A stretch of DNA of 64,000 bases. It comes from Escherichia coli. GTDB lineage: Bacteria; Pseudomonadota; Gammaproteobacteria; Enterobacterales; Enterobacteriaceae. A program made the position numbers and the translations under genes. The notes beneath the pieces were generated by a model, which saw only the letters and a program-made list of their open reading frames with translations, did not search any database and was not told the origin of the DNA. Of the stretch, positions 37,172-47,730 are shown piece after piece. The stretch lies in the NCBI RefSeq assembly GCF_045037415.1, contig NZ_CP173438.1; one strand, given 5' to 3'. The first letter of the stretch is position 1; every line of letters starts with the position of its first letter.

Positions 37172-37404
37172 TGACGTCGCGCGAGGTTTTAACAGAACGA
37201 CTGCTGGAAGCGGAAATCGCTCTGCACAAATTATTAACGGGTAAATCGACCGTGTCGCTGTCTCACGGCGATTCAGCAGGAAATAACCGGAGCTATCAAT
37301 ACTCGCAGGCGAGTATTGAGCAGCTCCGAACGTACATTATCGAGCTGAAATCACAGCTCGGTCTGAGTACGGGACGCCGTCGGCCCGTGGGAGTTCGATT
37401 ATGA
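37171..37404 (+). CDS. head-tail joining protein (lambda gpW-like)
   Basis: 77 aa. Aligns with gpW (ALHKLLTGK...QLRTYIIELKSQLG...RRRP). Confidence 0.8.
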   Translation: MTSREVLTERLLEAEIALHKLLTGKSTVSLSHGDSAGNNRSYQYSQASIEQLRTYIIELKSQLGLSTGRRRPVGVRL

Positions 37405-38975
37405 CTGCTCCGCAGCAGCTGCTCGGGCCTGACGGTAAAACGCCACTACGCCGTTACGCGGGGTATAACGGCGGCGGTCCCGGTTTCGGTGGCCAGCTGA
37501 TTGACTGGAACGCACCACAGCAGAGCGCCGACGCAGCACTGTTGCCGAATTTTTATCGCGGTAACGCGCGAGCAGACGATCTCGTTCGCAATAACGGCGT
37601 CGCGTCGAACGCCGTGCAGCTGCACCAGGATCATATCGTCGGCAATCTGTTTAAGTTGAGTTATCGCCCTAACTGGCGTTACCTCGGCATATCTCGCGAG
37701 GACGCCAGGGCGCTGGCGCGTGACGTCGAGGTAGCGTGGACTGAATACGCCGAGGACCCTCACTGCACGATTGATATCGAGCGGAAACGGACGTTCACAA
37801 TGATGATCCGCGAGGGCGTGGCTACTCACGCTTTCAACGGTGAAACCTGCGTACAACCAGTCTGGGAGAGTAGTGCCGGCAGCGTTTTTCGGACGCGATT
37901 CAAAATGGTCTCACCGAAACGGATTCGAAATCCGGGTTACGCAGCTGACACTCAATTTCGCCGCGCCGGTGTTGATATCGATAAAAACGGGGCCGCGGTC
38001 GGGTACTGGATAGCCGAGGATACTTACCCTCTCGGCGGAGTCGGTAAATGCCGGCGTATCCCAGCACAGCTCAGCAGCGGCAGACACGCATTCATCCACA
38101 TATTCGAGCCGCTCGAGGACGGACAGACCCGCGGGGACAATATTTTTTACAGCGTCATGGAGCGCCTGAAAATGCTCGACACACTGCAGCAAACACAACT
38201 GCAGAGCGCCATTGTGAAGGCGATGTATGCCGCGACAATCGAATCAGAGCTCGACAGCCAGCAGGCGTTTGAATATATCGCCGGCGCGGGTACTGATATC
38301 GACTCGAACCCGCTGAATTCGTTTATTCAGAGTTACGTGACGTACTACAACGGCGCAAATATCAAGCTCGGTGGTGTGAAAGTTCCCCACCTGCATCCCG
38401 GCGACAAACTCAGTTTACAGACCGCTCAGAATGCTGATGCTGGTTTTAGTTCACTGGAAAAATCACTCCTGCGTTACGTTGCAGCTGGCGTTGGCGCGTC
38501 ATACGAAGAACTTAGCCGGGACTACAGCCAGGTCAGTTACTCCAGCGCCCGGGCCAGTGCTAACGTCAGCTGGCGATTTTTCATGGGGCGTCGACGTTTT
38601 ATCGCCGCGCGACAGGCGTCGCTGATGTTCTGCTGCTGGTTTGAAGAGGCGCTGGCACGCGGAATTATCACCCTGCCACGCTCAGCTGTCCGGTCGTTTT
38701 ATGAGGCGCGGAACTCCTGGACGAACGCGCTCTGGATCGGCGCTGGTCGCATGGCGATTGATGGGCTGAAAGAGGTTCAGGAGAGCGCCATGCGCATCAC
38801 AACTGGCCTCAGCACGTATCAGAACGAACTGGCGCTGCAGGGACAGGATTACGAGGAGGTTATGGAGCAGCAGGAATACGAAATTCAGCGCCGGCGTGAA
38901 ATGGGGCTGAGCGAACCGTCATGGTCTGTATCTCACCCCTCAAATACCAACGATAACGGCTGGGGAGGTAACTGA
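37401..38975 (+). CDS. portal protein (lambda gpB-like)
   Basis: 524 aa at the position and size of lambda gpB. Confidence 0.9.
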   Translation: MTAPQQLLGPDGKTPLRRYAGYNGGGPGFGGQLIDWNAPQQSADAALLPNFYRGNARADDLVRNNGVASNAVQLHQDHIVGNLFKLSYRPNWRYLGISREDARALARDVEVAWTEYAEDPHCTIDIERKRTFTMMIREGVATHAFNGETCVQPVWESSAGSVFRTRFKMVSPKRIRNPGYAADTQFRRAGVDIDKNGAAVGYWIAEDTYPLGGVGKCRRIPAQLSSGRHAFIHIFEPLEDGQTRGDNIFYSVMERLKMLDTLQQTQLQSAIVKAMYAATIESELDSQQAFEYIAGAGTDIDSNPLNSFIQSYVTYYNGANIKLGGVKVPHLHPGDKLSLQTAQNADAGFSSLEKSLLRYVAAGVGASYEELSRDYSQVSYSSARASANVSWRFFMGRRRFIAARQASLMFCCWFEEALARGIITLPRSAVRSFYEARNSWTNALWIGAGRMAIDGLKEVQESAMRITTGLSTYQNELALQGQDYEEVMEQQEYEIQRRREMGLSEPSWSVSHPSNTNDNGWGGN

Positions 38976-40282
38976 TGCCGTGGAACAATTTTCCGCACCT
39001 CGCCGCCAGGGCGTTCAATCAACCGCTTTTGCTGGAGCCCACCTACGCGCGGGTATTTTTTTCGGCGCTGAGCGACCGGTTCGGTACCGGGCGACTGATT
39101 GATACAGCGTCTGGAGAGGTAATGAACAGCGACGAAATGAACGCGCTCGCGATGGGGTGGGACAGCAGCGAGCGAACACGCCAGAAATCGTATCGCGTGG
39201 AGCGTGGTATAGCCGTTCTGCCGGTTACCGGGACGCTGGTTCATAAATTGGGTTATATCAACCCAGTTAGCGGGATGAGCGGTTACAACGGAATCGCAAA
39301 ACGCCTGCAGCAGGCGATTTCTGATCCCGATGTAAGAGGGGTCCTGCTTGATATTGACTCCCCTGGCGGTGAAGTCGCCGGCGCGTTTGATACTGCTGAT
39401 TTAATCGCCCGGGCGCGAGAGCAAAAACCTGTGTGGGCGCTGGCCAGCGATACGGCCTGCAGCGCTGCCTATTTGCTGGCGTCAGCGTGTTCGCGCCGGC
39501 TGATAACGCAGACAGGCACAGTTGGTTCAATCGGTGTCCTGATGGCTCACCGCTGCGTCGAAAAAGCGCTGGAGATTGCTGGCGTCGACGTGACGCTGAT
39601 TTACGCCGGCGCGCACAAAGTTGACGGGAACCCGTATTCCCAGCTGCCAGGCGACGTTCGCGACGAATTCCAGCTGAGTATTAACAGCACGCGCGAGCAG
39701 TTCGCGCAAAAAGTCTCGGATTATACCGGGCTGAAAAAATCCAGGGTGCTGGCCACGGAAGCTGCAGTATTTATCGGCGCGGACGCGATTAAATCTGGTC
39801 TCGCTGATCAACTCGTTAATTACGCGGACGCTATCGCAGTGATGGCCGACGCACTGAAACCAAAAATGGAGCGCTTTATGTCTGGTACAGAAACCACGGC
39901 GGAGACCACGACCACAGAACAAACCGCGACCACGACTACTGTCGCGCAGGTTGAGTTTAACACGGAGCAGATTCGCGCGGACGCCGCATCAAGCGAACTG
40001 GCGCGTGTGATGGCCATCATCAATTGTCCCGAAGCTGTTGGGCGCGAGGCGCAGGCAAAAGCGCTCGCTGGCGTCCCCGGGATGACGGTCGGGCAGGCGC
40101 AGGTAGTCCTCGCTGCAGCACCTAAAACGGCGCAGGCGCGGACAGAAACGGCGCTCGATACACTAATGAGCACTGAATCACCAGCGACTATTCAGGATGC
40201 TGGCAGTACTACGGCAACAGGAACAACCGCAAACGTCTCGATGCTGGTTGCTGCAGGGCGTTCAATTTTAGGGGATGAATAA
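38975..40282 (+). CDS. S49-family prohead protease/scaffold (lambda gpC-like)
   Basis: 435 aa. ClpP/SppA-type core (GVLLDIDSPGGEVAG ... SAAYLLASA). Confidence 0.85.
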   Translation: MPWNNFPHLAARAFNQPLLLEPTYARVFFSALSDRFGTGRLIDTASGEVMNSDEMNALAMGWDSSERTRQKSYRVERGIAVLPVTGTLVHKLGYINPVSGMSGYNGIAKRLQQAISDPDVRGVLLDIDSPGGEVAGAFDTADLIARAREQKPVWALASDTACSAAYLLASACSRRLITQTGTVGSIGVLMAHRCVEKALEIAGVDVTLIYAGAHKVDGNPYSQLPGDVRDEFQLSINSTREQFAQKVSDYTGLKKSRVLATEAAVFIGADAIKSGLADQLVNYADAIAVMADALKPKMERFMSGTETTAETTTTEQTATTTTVAQVEFNTEQIRADAASSELARVMAIINCPEAVGREAQAKALAGVPGMTVGQAQVVLAAAPKTAQARTETALDTLMSTESPATIQDAGSTTATGTTANVSMLVAAGRSILGDE

Positions 40283-40611
40283 TGACTACAGAAACGTATA
40301 GCCCGGACGATTTTATTCTTGGGCCTGACCTTGTTGTCACGACCGTCGGTCATTTTCAGGGCGGGATCAACGTACCCCGGCTGACACCGATTATGCTCGA
40401 CGCTACTGTCGGGACGTTTAAGGTTTGGGACGGCTCAGTCGGTAAAGCTATTGGCCTCACTGCCACCGCAGTTAATACTGGCTCCAGTTCTGCAGACTGC
40501 TCGTACTATAAATCAGGCTCGTTCCGTTACACGGCGATTAACTGGGGTACGGTTACCGACGTAGCTAAACGCAAATCAGCATTTGCGGGTACGCCGATCA
40601 GCGTCGGCTGA
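40282..40611 (+). CDS. head decoration protein (lambda gpD-like)
   Basis: 109 aa. LTPIMLDA...KVWDG...YKSGSFRY...KRKSAFAGTPISVG parallels gpD. Confidence 0.85.
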   Translation: MTTETYSPDDFILGPDLVVTTVGHFQGGINVPRLTPIMLDATVGTFKVWDGSVGKAIGLTATAVNTGSSSADCSYYKSGSFRYTAINWGTVTDVAKRKSAFAGTPISVG

Positions 40612-40669
40612 TAGCAAAAAACTCAAAACAAGCCGCCTCCGGGCGGTTTTTTTATAACAGGATATATAA

Positions 40670-41705
40670 ATGAGCGATTCGTTTACTACGTCAGAACTGA
40701 TTACCGCGACACAGCAGGTATTTAAGTTCAATCCGTTGTTTTTAAAGCTGTTTTTCCGTGAGACCTACACGTTTACGAGCGAAGAGGTTTTTCTGGATAA
40801 AATCCCGGGAAAAGTGAACATGGCCGTGTACTGCGCGCCGATGATCACCGGCAAAGTTGACCGCACTCGCGGCTATTCAACGAACCATTTCAAACCGGGT
40901 TACACGAAACCCAAGCACACGATCAATCCGAATATGAGCATCAAGCGCGCAGCCGGTGAGCAGATTGGCCAGCCGGAAACGCCGGTCGAACGTCGTGCAA
41001 AAATCATCATGCAGAACCTGCTTGATGAGGAACTGAGCATCAGCCAGCTCGAAGAGTTCCAGGCGGTACAGGCTGTTCTGTACGGTAAATACACTGTTTC
41101 CGGCAGCAATATCGAGAACCTATGAGATCGACATGAGCCGCAGCGCGACGAATAACGTCACTCAGTCCGGTTCGACAGCCTGGTCGACTCAGGACGCGGA
41201 AACGTATGACCCGAGCGACGATATTGAATCCTACGCGGACCTCGCCTCCGGTGCGGTTAACGTGATCATCATGGATGGTAAAGCCTGGAAGCAGTTGAAG
41301 CGTTTTAAAAAATTCTGGACGGCACTGGATACGCGCCGTGGCTCAAACAGCCAGCTCGAGGTCGCGCTGAAAAACCTGGGCGACGTTGTCAGCTTTAAAG
41401 GCTACTACGGCGACACTGCGCTGTTTGTCTACAAAGGGCAATACCTCGACCCGGTAACAGACACTGAAACGCGTTATATGCCGGATAACACGATGATCCT
41501 TGGCAACACAAAAAACCGCGGGCTCCGCACTTATGGCGCAATTCAGGACGAAGACGCGCTGAAAGAGGGTATTTCCGAAGCGACGCGCTATCCAAAAGTC
41601 TGGACCACTACCGGTGATCCGGCAGTGACGCAAACAATGACGCAATCCGCGCCAGCAATGGTCCTCACGGACGCCGACGCGTTCGTTGTCGTAAAAATCG
41701 CGTAA
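40670..41705 (+). pseudogene. major capsid protein (lambda gpE-like) split by a +1 frameshift
   Basis: ORFs 40670..41125 and 41133..41705 align end to end with lambda gpE (341 aa). The frames switch around 41117..41122 (gagaaCCtatgag). Confidence 0.85.
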
Positions 41706-41739
41706 GAGTCGAAAGGCTCTTTTTTGTTAAGGAATCAAC

Positions 41740-42159
41740 ATGAGCACAAAAACAGAATTGCTGGCGCGTATTGACGATCTGAGCGCTCAGCTCGGTCGCG
41801 AATTACCGCGCAGCGGGACTATTGCGGAACTGGAATCAATCGTTGCCGGCGCTGAGTCAGAGCTCGATATTCTGAACGAGCAATCCGGTGACGCGGGAGG
41901 CATCGAGATTACAGTGAATACTGCGTCCGGGACCGATAATGAACTCGCTCAATCAATCGCGAGCGCTATCGTTTCACAGTCACAAGAGCAGGAGCTCGCA
42001 CCGGCTACGCGCCGCGTCAAGTTGCGTAACACGCTGGACGTTTATCACTACGTGAACGGGCGTCGCGTTCGCGAGATTGTTGCCGCAGGCCGTGAAATTG
42101 TTGTTGATTCACCGGAGGTCGCAGACCTTATCGCAGCTGATCACGTTTACGCTCTATGA
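41740..42159 (+). CDS. hypothetical head-associated protein
   Basis: 139 aa. Position between the capsid and tail-completion genes. Confidence 0.5.
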   Translation: MSTKTELLARIDDLSAQLGRELPRSGTIAELESIVAGAESELDILNEQSGDAGGIEITVNTASGTDNELAQSIASAIVSQSQEQELAPATRRVKLRNTLDVYHYVNGRRVREIVAAGREIVVDSPEVADLIAADHVYAL

Positions 42160-42536
42160 GCTACTACGATGACCTCCGGGCCGGCGACGAGGAGATGATC
42201 CGTGAGTGGGGACGGCCCGTTAAATTACGCGGTAAAACCGACCCCATTATCGCTATTTTCAACGAGCCTTACGCGCGCGTTGACGTTCCTCACGCTGGTT
42301 TTATTACCGGTACAGTAACGAGCCTGACGGCGCTCTCGGACGACGTCGCTGGCGTTGTTGCGCGTGACGTCGTCCAGGTTCCAAAGCAGCGCAGCATCGA
42401 ACCTGACGGCTCTGTTACCTGGTCTGGCTGGACCGATTACGTGGTTAAAGAGCCTCAACCTGATGGCACAGGGCTCACGAATATTTTTTTAGAGCCTCAC
42501 ACGTCCAGCGAAAACAGCGAGTATTCAAAATACTAA
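42156..42536 (+). CDS. hypothetical head-tail connector candidate
   Basis: 126 aa with a 4-nt overlap to the previous gene. Confidence 0.5.
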   Translation: MSYYDDLRAGDEEMIREWGRPVKLRGKTDPIIAIFNEPYARVDVPHAGFITGTVTSLTALSDDVAGVVARDVVQVPKQRSIEPDGSVTWSGWTDYVVKEPQPDGTGLTNIFLEPHTSSENSEYSKY

Positions 42537-42567
42537 GTGGGACCTCGGTCCCACTTAAGGGGGAACC

Positions 42568-43247
42568 GTGGCCGATTTACGTAGTAACGCGCAGATGTTC
42601 GATATCGATGTTTCGGCGCTGGAGCAGCTCAGAGTCGAAATCAGCGCGACGCAACATCAAATGTTAATGGTATACAACAGGGCGCTGAACCGAACTGCAA
42701 AACATATGCACCGAATTTCAGCAGGAATGATTTTGACTGCACTGGCAGCTAAAAATCATAAGGCCGTAGATAAACGAATCAAGCCGTTCATTAAGCGCCG
42801 TAATTTTACAAAAGAAGGGGCAGGAGACCTGAGCAGCGCCAAGCTCTGGTACGGTCTGAATGATTTCCGGGTATCTGAGCTAAAGGGGCGATTACAAAAT
42901 CCACGGAGGCAAAAACAGCCTCGCGATCTTGAACCGGCCTGTTTTTGAAAACCAAAAAAGGCGCTAGAGGGGCAACTTTTACACCCAAAAGTGCAGGGCT
43001 GGCGATGATGAGTTGGCCCGATTCATTCGTAGCGAAACGCTACGGTGCGAAAAGTGTCTGGATTCGACTGGATCGCGGAGGAATCGAAGAGGCTCGCGTA
43101 CCTGTGCACGACGCGCTGGAGGATGCTATCGATGATTATATTTTTGAAAACATTGGCCCTGTTTTTATGGGCTTTTTTGAGAAAGATTTGCGCGGTCGCG
43201 TGAAAGGTAATGTCCACGTAGACCCAAAAACAGGTAAACGATTATGA
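42568..43247 (+). pseudogene. tail completion protein (lambda gpZ-like) split at a T5 run
   Basis: ORF 42568..42948 and ORF 42945..43247 together parallel gpZ. One extra T in T5 (42942..42946) would fuse them. The second ORF has no ATG start. Confidence 0.55.
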
Positions 43248-43780
43248 GCGGACTGGATGCATTTGACGAATATCTTGATCGCGTTAAAGGCGCGGTTTTA
43301 CAAATACCGTTCATCAAAACATTCGGAATTTATCCGGAAATTCCGGCTGGATTTGAAACGCCAGCTCTGTTCCTGGAAATCAGCAACTGGTCACAGAGTG
43401 ACGAATCGGTTCCAGGCTCAATTCAGTCAGTCGAGCTGTCGTGTAATTTGTATTTGCTGCGTGAATTTGCAGCTGATCAGTACGGACTGAAATCGCAGAA
43501 TGCAGCGCTCTATATGACGAGCTGGATCAATGGGCGAATGTTCGGTCCCGGAACTAAACCGGCAAAATTCAGCGACGCGGAACCGTGCGACTGGATTAAA
43601 AACGGGCAGTCAGTCGGTTCGCATTCAGTTCAGTGCGTGTCGTTCACGCAGGTTGTAGGCGTTGGTCCAGATATTTTCGATTATCCCTCACAGGGGACCC
43701 TGAAAAATATATACGTCGGAATAGCACCAGATATCGGCGCAGAACATGAGGGCGACTATTATGGCCCAATCGGACGATGA
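43244..43780 (+). CDS. hypothetical tail protein
   Basis: 178 aa, between the tail completion and baseplate genes. Confidence 0.5.
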   Translation: MSGLDAFDEYLDRVKGAVLQIPFIKTFGIYPEIPAGFETPALFLEISNWSQSDESVPGSIQSVELSCNLYLLREFAADQYGLKSQNAALYMTSWINGRMFGPGTKPAKFSDAEPCDWIKNGQSVGSHSVQCVSFTQVVGVGPDIFDYPSQGTLKNIYVGIAPDIGAEHEGDYYGPIGR

Positions 43781-44663
43781 ATATGCTGCAGCGGAGAACG
43801 CGCGCAGGCTGCGTGACGCAGTTAAACGCGGCACGATAGCTGCAGTTAAAATGAATCCTCCACGCTGCCGAGTCTCATTTGGTGGCGAACACCAGTCAGG
43901 CTGGCTGCAGTGGTTTACTCACGCCACCTCAGAACGCGTCGACTGGAGCGCACCATCAGTGGGCGATCCCGTTACTGTTGTTTCTGAGGGTGGGGATACG
44001 CGGAACGGTGTAGTTATGCTCGGGCTGCACATTGACGACAAAGCTCCGCCAAGCAATGACCCCCATGATCATGTCACTGCATACTGTGACGGGGCTACGA
44101 TGACGTATAACACAAAAAATCACACTCTGACATGGCAGGGCGTACCGGACGGCGTGGTAAAAATACTCGGTGAGTCTGAAATAGAAATATTTGGACGCGC
44201 AGATGTTACTATTAATAGCGAAAATGTAGTTAATATCCATGGTGGGAAATTAATTAACGCAGACGCTGATATTATTAATGTCACAGCGACAGATACAATT
44301 AACGCACATGCTGATTTAGTGAACGTTATAGCAACGAGTTCTGTTAGTGTTACTGCTGCGAACAGAATATCGCTGACAGCTCAAACAATCAGCGCGTGGG
44401 CTCCGGGTGGTATAACACTAGCTGGTCCAACGCATATTACCGAGACATTAGTAGTAGATAAATTAGCGACATTCCGTAACGATATTTCTGTCACTGGAGA
44501 TAACGGTGGAACAGGTAATATCACAACTCGCGGTAGTGTGTTAGCAGGGCAAGAGGTGCAGGACCGACAAGGCACAATAACTGAAGTCCGCACAACGTAT
44601 AACGGACACACTCATATATGTCCGGACGGGGAAACTCAACAACCGAACCAACCAATGGCGTAA
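43761..44663 (+). CDS. baseplate central spike (P2 gpV-like)
   Basis: RCRVSFGGEHQSGWLQWFTH...WSAPSVGDPV parallels P2 gpV. C-terminal HTH.CP metal-site-like motif. Confidence 0.85.
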   Translation: MAQSDDEYAAAENARRLRDAVKRGTIAAVKMNPPRCRVSFGGEHQSGWLQWFTHATSERVDWSAPSVGDPVTVVSEGGDTRNGVVMLGLHIDDKAPPSNDPHDHVTAYCDGATMTYNTKNHTLTWQGVPDGVVKILGESEIEIFGRADVTINSENVVNIHGGKLINADADIINVTATDTINAHADLVNVIATSSVSVTAANRISLTAQTISAWAPGGITLAGPTHITETLVVDKLATFRNDISVTGDNGGTGNITTRGSVLAGQEVQDRQGTITEVRTTYNGHTHICPDGETQQPNQPMA

Positions 44664-44665
44664 AG

Positions 44666-45007
44666 ATGCTTGGAATGGACCGTAACACCGGTAAACTTTT
44701 ATCGGGGACTGATCACATTCGTCAGTCTATCGTTGATATTTTAACGACCCCGCTGGGGACGCGTGTAATGCTGCCGGAATATGGCAGCAAATTATTTGAT
44801 CTTGTTGATAATCCCACAGATCCGTCGCTTGCTATGCGAATAATCATGGAAAGCGCTGGCGCAATAGCACGATGGGAACCACGCGTCAGAATTGACAGAA
44901 TAAATGTGTTAGCAGTGGATATCGGGAAAATAACAATATTAATTATCGCAACAGATATCGAAACACAACAGCGATTAGAGTTTAATAATATGGAGCTGAT
45001 ATTTTGA
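44666..45007 (+). CDS. baseplate wedge protein (P2 gpW / T4 gp25-like)
   Basis: 113 aa from MLGMDRNTG. HIRQSIVDILTTPLGTRVMLPEYGS...WEPRV matches gpW. Confidence 0.8.
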   Translation: MLGMDRNTGKLLSGTDHIRQSIVDILTTPLGTRVMLPEYGSKLFDLVDNPTDPSLAMRIIMESAGAIARWEPRVRIDRINVLAVDIGKITILIIATDIETQQRLEFNNMELIF

Positions 45008-45924
45008 TAACATCAACAGTTCAGAATTCGATAGTGAAAACTATTGATATGAGTCTGCTGCCGCCGCCAGCATTCGTTAAAACCCCGTTATTTTCAGATG
45101 TTAAATCTAATCTACTGTCAGAGCTGCAGATATTATATCCACAATTTAACGCACTCCTGGAGTCAGACCCGGCCGTTAAACTGCTGGAAATAGTTGCATA
45201 CAGAGAAATCATTATTACAGCTCGGGTAAATCAGGGGATGCTCGCTGTATTGCTCGCGTTTGCAAAGGGGAGTGACCTCGACCAGATTGGCGCTAATTTT
45301 GACTGCCTGCGGCTGTTGATAACGCCAGCTAATCCCGATGTAATTCCCCCGACTGAGGCTGTTTACGAGAGTGACGACGAGTATCGACACCGAATACAGC
45401 TATCATGGTATGCGCGGAATACTGCCGGCAGTACGAACGCCTATAACTATTTCGCGCTGTCGAGTGATCCCGACGTTCTGTCAGCTCAGGCGTACGGCCC
45501 GCCGGTGACCCAGCCTGGATACGTCGATATGTATGTCTTGTCGCGAACCGGCGACGGCACTCCGCCTCAATCACTACTGAATACAGTGAATGCGGCCCTG
45601 TCTCCTGACGATACTCGACCGCTGACTGATTTCGTGACTGTAAAACCTGCGTCGAACCTGAATTACCGGGTTGAGGCCGTTATCGTAGCCGGGCTCGGAC
45701 CCGACCAGAACGTTTTGCTTAACGGTGCTCAGAGCGATTTGGCGATATATGTGGATACGCAACATAAAATCGGAGCGACGGCAGCTCTGTCAGGAATTTA
45801 CGACGCGATACATCGTGACGGCACTGAACGTGTGATTCTGATATCGCCAACAGAGGATGTGATCGCTGGCGTCGGGCAGGCTCCGTACTGCACAGAAATC
45901 AAACTCAGCGTGCAAATGGGGTAG
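45004..45924 (+). CDS. baseplate protein (P2 gpJ-like)
   Basis: ESDPAVKLLEIVAYREIIITARVNQ...GSDLDQIGANF parallels gpJ. Start uncertain (45004 or 45049). Confidence 0.85.
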   Translation: MITSTVQNSIVKTIDMSLLPPPAFVKTPLFSDVKSNLLSELQILYPQFNALLESDPAVKLLEIVAYREIIITARVNQGMLAVLLAFAKGSDLDQIGANFDCLRLLITPANPDVIPPTEAVYESDDEYRHRIQLSWYARNTAGSTNAYNYFALSSDPDVLSAQAYGPPVTQPGYVDMYVLSRTGDGTPPQSLLNTVNAALSPDDTRPLTDFVTVKPASNLNYRVEAVIVAGLGPDQNVLLNGAQSDLAIYVDTQHKIGATAALSGIYDAIHRDGTERVILISPTEDVIAGVGQAPYCTEIKLSVQMG

Positions 45925-45926
45925 CC

Positions 45927-46553
45927 ATGACAAGTCAAAGCGTACTGCCTCCGAACGCAATAACCCCTGAGAGGGCGCTTGAGGTTGTTTTATCTCACGT
46001 CGGCGATCTGCCTGGCGATATTCGAATTATTAAAAATCCCGATTTGTGCCCTGCAAATCTGTTGCCGTGGCTGGCGTGGGAGTACGCGGTCACCTACTGG
46101 AACCCCGACTGGAGTGAGCAGCAAAAACGCGAAATTATTAAAGCAGCTGCGTGGCAGAATAAGCACCGCGGAACGCGTGGAGCTGTTGAACGAGCGTTAT
46201 TAACTGTTGGCTTTGAGAGCAAAATGAGAGAGTGGTTTGAAGCCACGCCCAGGGACGACCCGTATACATTCGCAATTAAAATATATCTGCTAAAAAGCAT
46301 GGGGTTAGATTTAGAACTATTGAATACATTTATTGCACAAATATTTGATGCAAAAAATTGTCGTTCCTTATTAAAAGAAATAAATTTCGAAACGGGTGTC
46401 GATGGTGAGTTTTTTATAGCCGGTACACCTTACGCGAAAATAGGCGTAAACGTCCCAGCAGACGGCGACGGCGGTGTAAAAATTAACGGCGGGCTATATA
46501 TATCGGGCTCACCAATTGTTAGTTTAAATGTGGAGATAGGGCCAAATGGCTGA
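45927..46553 (+). CDS. tail protein (P2 gpI-like)
   Basis: CPANLLPWLAWEYAV...KHRGTRGAVERAL matches gpI. Confidence 0.85.
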   Translation: MTSQSVLPPNAITPERALEVVLSHVGDLPGDIRIIKNPDLCPANLLPWLAWEYAVTYWNPDWSEQQKREIIKAAAWQNKHRGTRGAVERALLTVGFESKMREWFEATPRDDPYTFAIKIYLLKSMGLDLELLNTFIAQIFDAKNCRSLLKEINFETGVDGEFFIAGTPYAKIGVNVPADGDGGVKINGGLYISGSPIVSLNVEIGPNG

Positions 46554-47730
46554 AAATAAAATTTACGCAGTACTGACAGACCGTGGCGCACAACTTGAAG
46601 CCGCTGCGCTGGCATCGGGTGTACCCGTGGTGCTGAATAAATTCGTTATTGGCGACGCAAACGGAAACGACGACGTAACACCGGACCCGGCACGAACTGC
46701 ATTAATTCACGAGACGTATCGTGGGGATATTAAATCCGCAGAAAATAGCGGTAACCAGGTTATCTTTACACTTTACGTACCGCCAGACACTGGGGGCTAT
46801 ACTATCCGTGAGGTGGGGATATTAACAGATAAAGGCGAGCTGTACTCTGTGGCGCGCTCGCCGGACATTTTAAAACCTACGGACAGCAACGGTGCGCTGA
46901 TTTCAATCACGTATAAATACACACTCGCGGTGTCCAGCACATCTACGGTTAATGTTGTAGTATATGACAACTACGTAACTCCCGAGGAAGCTGACAAAAA
47001 ATATTTGCAGATAAGTAAAAACTTATCTGAAATTCCCGCAAATGGTGAAACTGCTCAGCAGGCTGCGCGGAAAAATATTGGTATAGATGGGGACGTTGCA
47101 TATAGAGATAAGGGTAATGCATTTACTCATCCAAATACTTTTAAAGATGATGTGATTTTTGAAGACGTTTTATCCTCTAAAAAACAAATAAATATAAACA
47201 AACCGGGCACTGATTTGACGTTGTTTTCATTTGCTGGTTTATCAGATGTGTCGGGCGATTATTTAGATTTTTCGACCCGTGGAGAAAACAATCAGAAGGT
47301 TTTTTATAGATTACGCGGAGTTCACTATGATGGCCTGGTGTTACTGTGCGGCGGGCAGACGTATAAATACTGGAATGAGGCTAATCTTAAACCGGTTAAA
47401 ACGATTAACGGGGAGTCGCCGGATGAAAATGGCAACATAGATATAAGTCTTTCACCGGACCCATCACCGGAAATAGGTGTTGTTGGCGCGGTTGGTACTT
47501 ATGCGCTTGTCGCTATTAATCATGCACCACAAATACTCCCGGGCTCCATATGGGCTGGAGGGGATTTATATTACGCTAGTATAAATAATACCGGTTCATA
47601 TAACACGGATATTGCCACAAAACCATTTTATGACACACCACTTATTGGCTCATGGCGAGCCATGGCGTATTCACCCGGTGGAGTCGGTGATATTGGGACT
47701 GCCTGTTTTTTAGCTATTAGGATTGCGTAA
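46546..47730 (+). CDS. tail fiber protein
   Basis: 394 aa. N-terminal tail-collar fibre region (YAVLTDRGAQLEAAALASG...KFVIGDANG) like P2 gpH. Confidence 0.8.
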   Translation: MAENKIYAVLTDRGAQLEAAALASGVPVVLNKFVIGDANGNDDVTPDPARTALIHETYRGDIKSAENSGNQVIFTLYVPPDTGGYTIREVGILTDKGELYSVARSPDILKPTDSNGALISITYKYTLAVSSTSTVNVVVYDNYVTPEEADKKYLQISKNLSEIPANGETAQQAARKNIGIDGDVAYRDKGNAFTHPNTFKDDVIFEDVLSSKKQININKPGTDLTLFSFAGLSDVSGDYLDFSTRGENNQKVFYRLRGVHYDGLVLLCGGQTYKYWNEANLKPVKTINGESPDENGNIDISLSPDPSPEIGVVGAVGTYALVAINHAPQILPGSIWAGGDLYYASINNTGSYNTDIATKPFYDTPLIGSWRAMAYSPGGVGDIGTACFLAIRIA

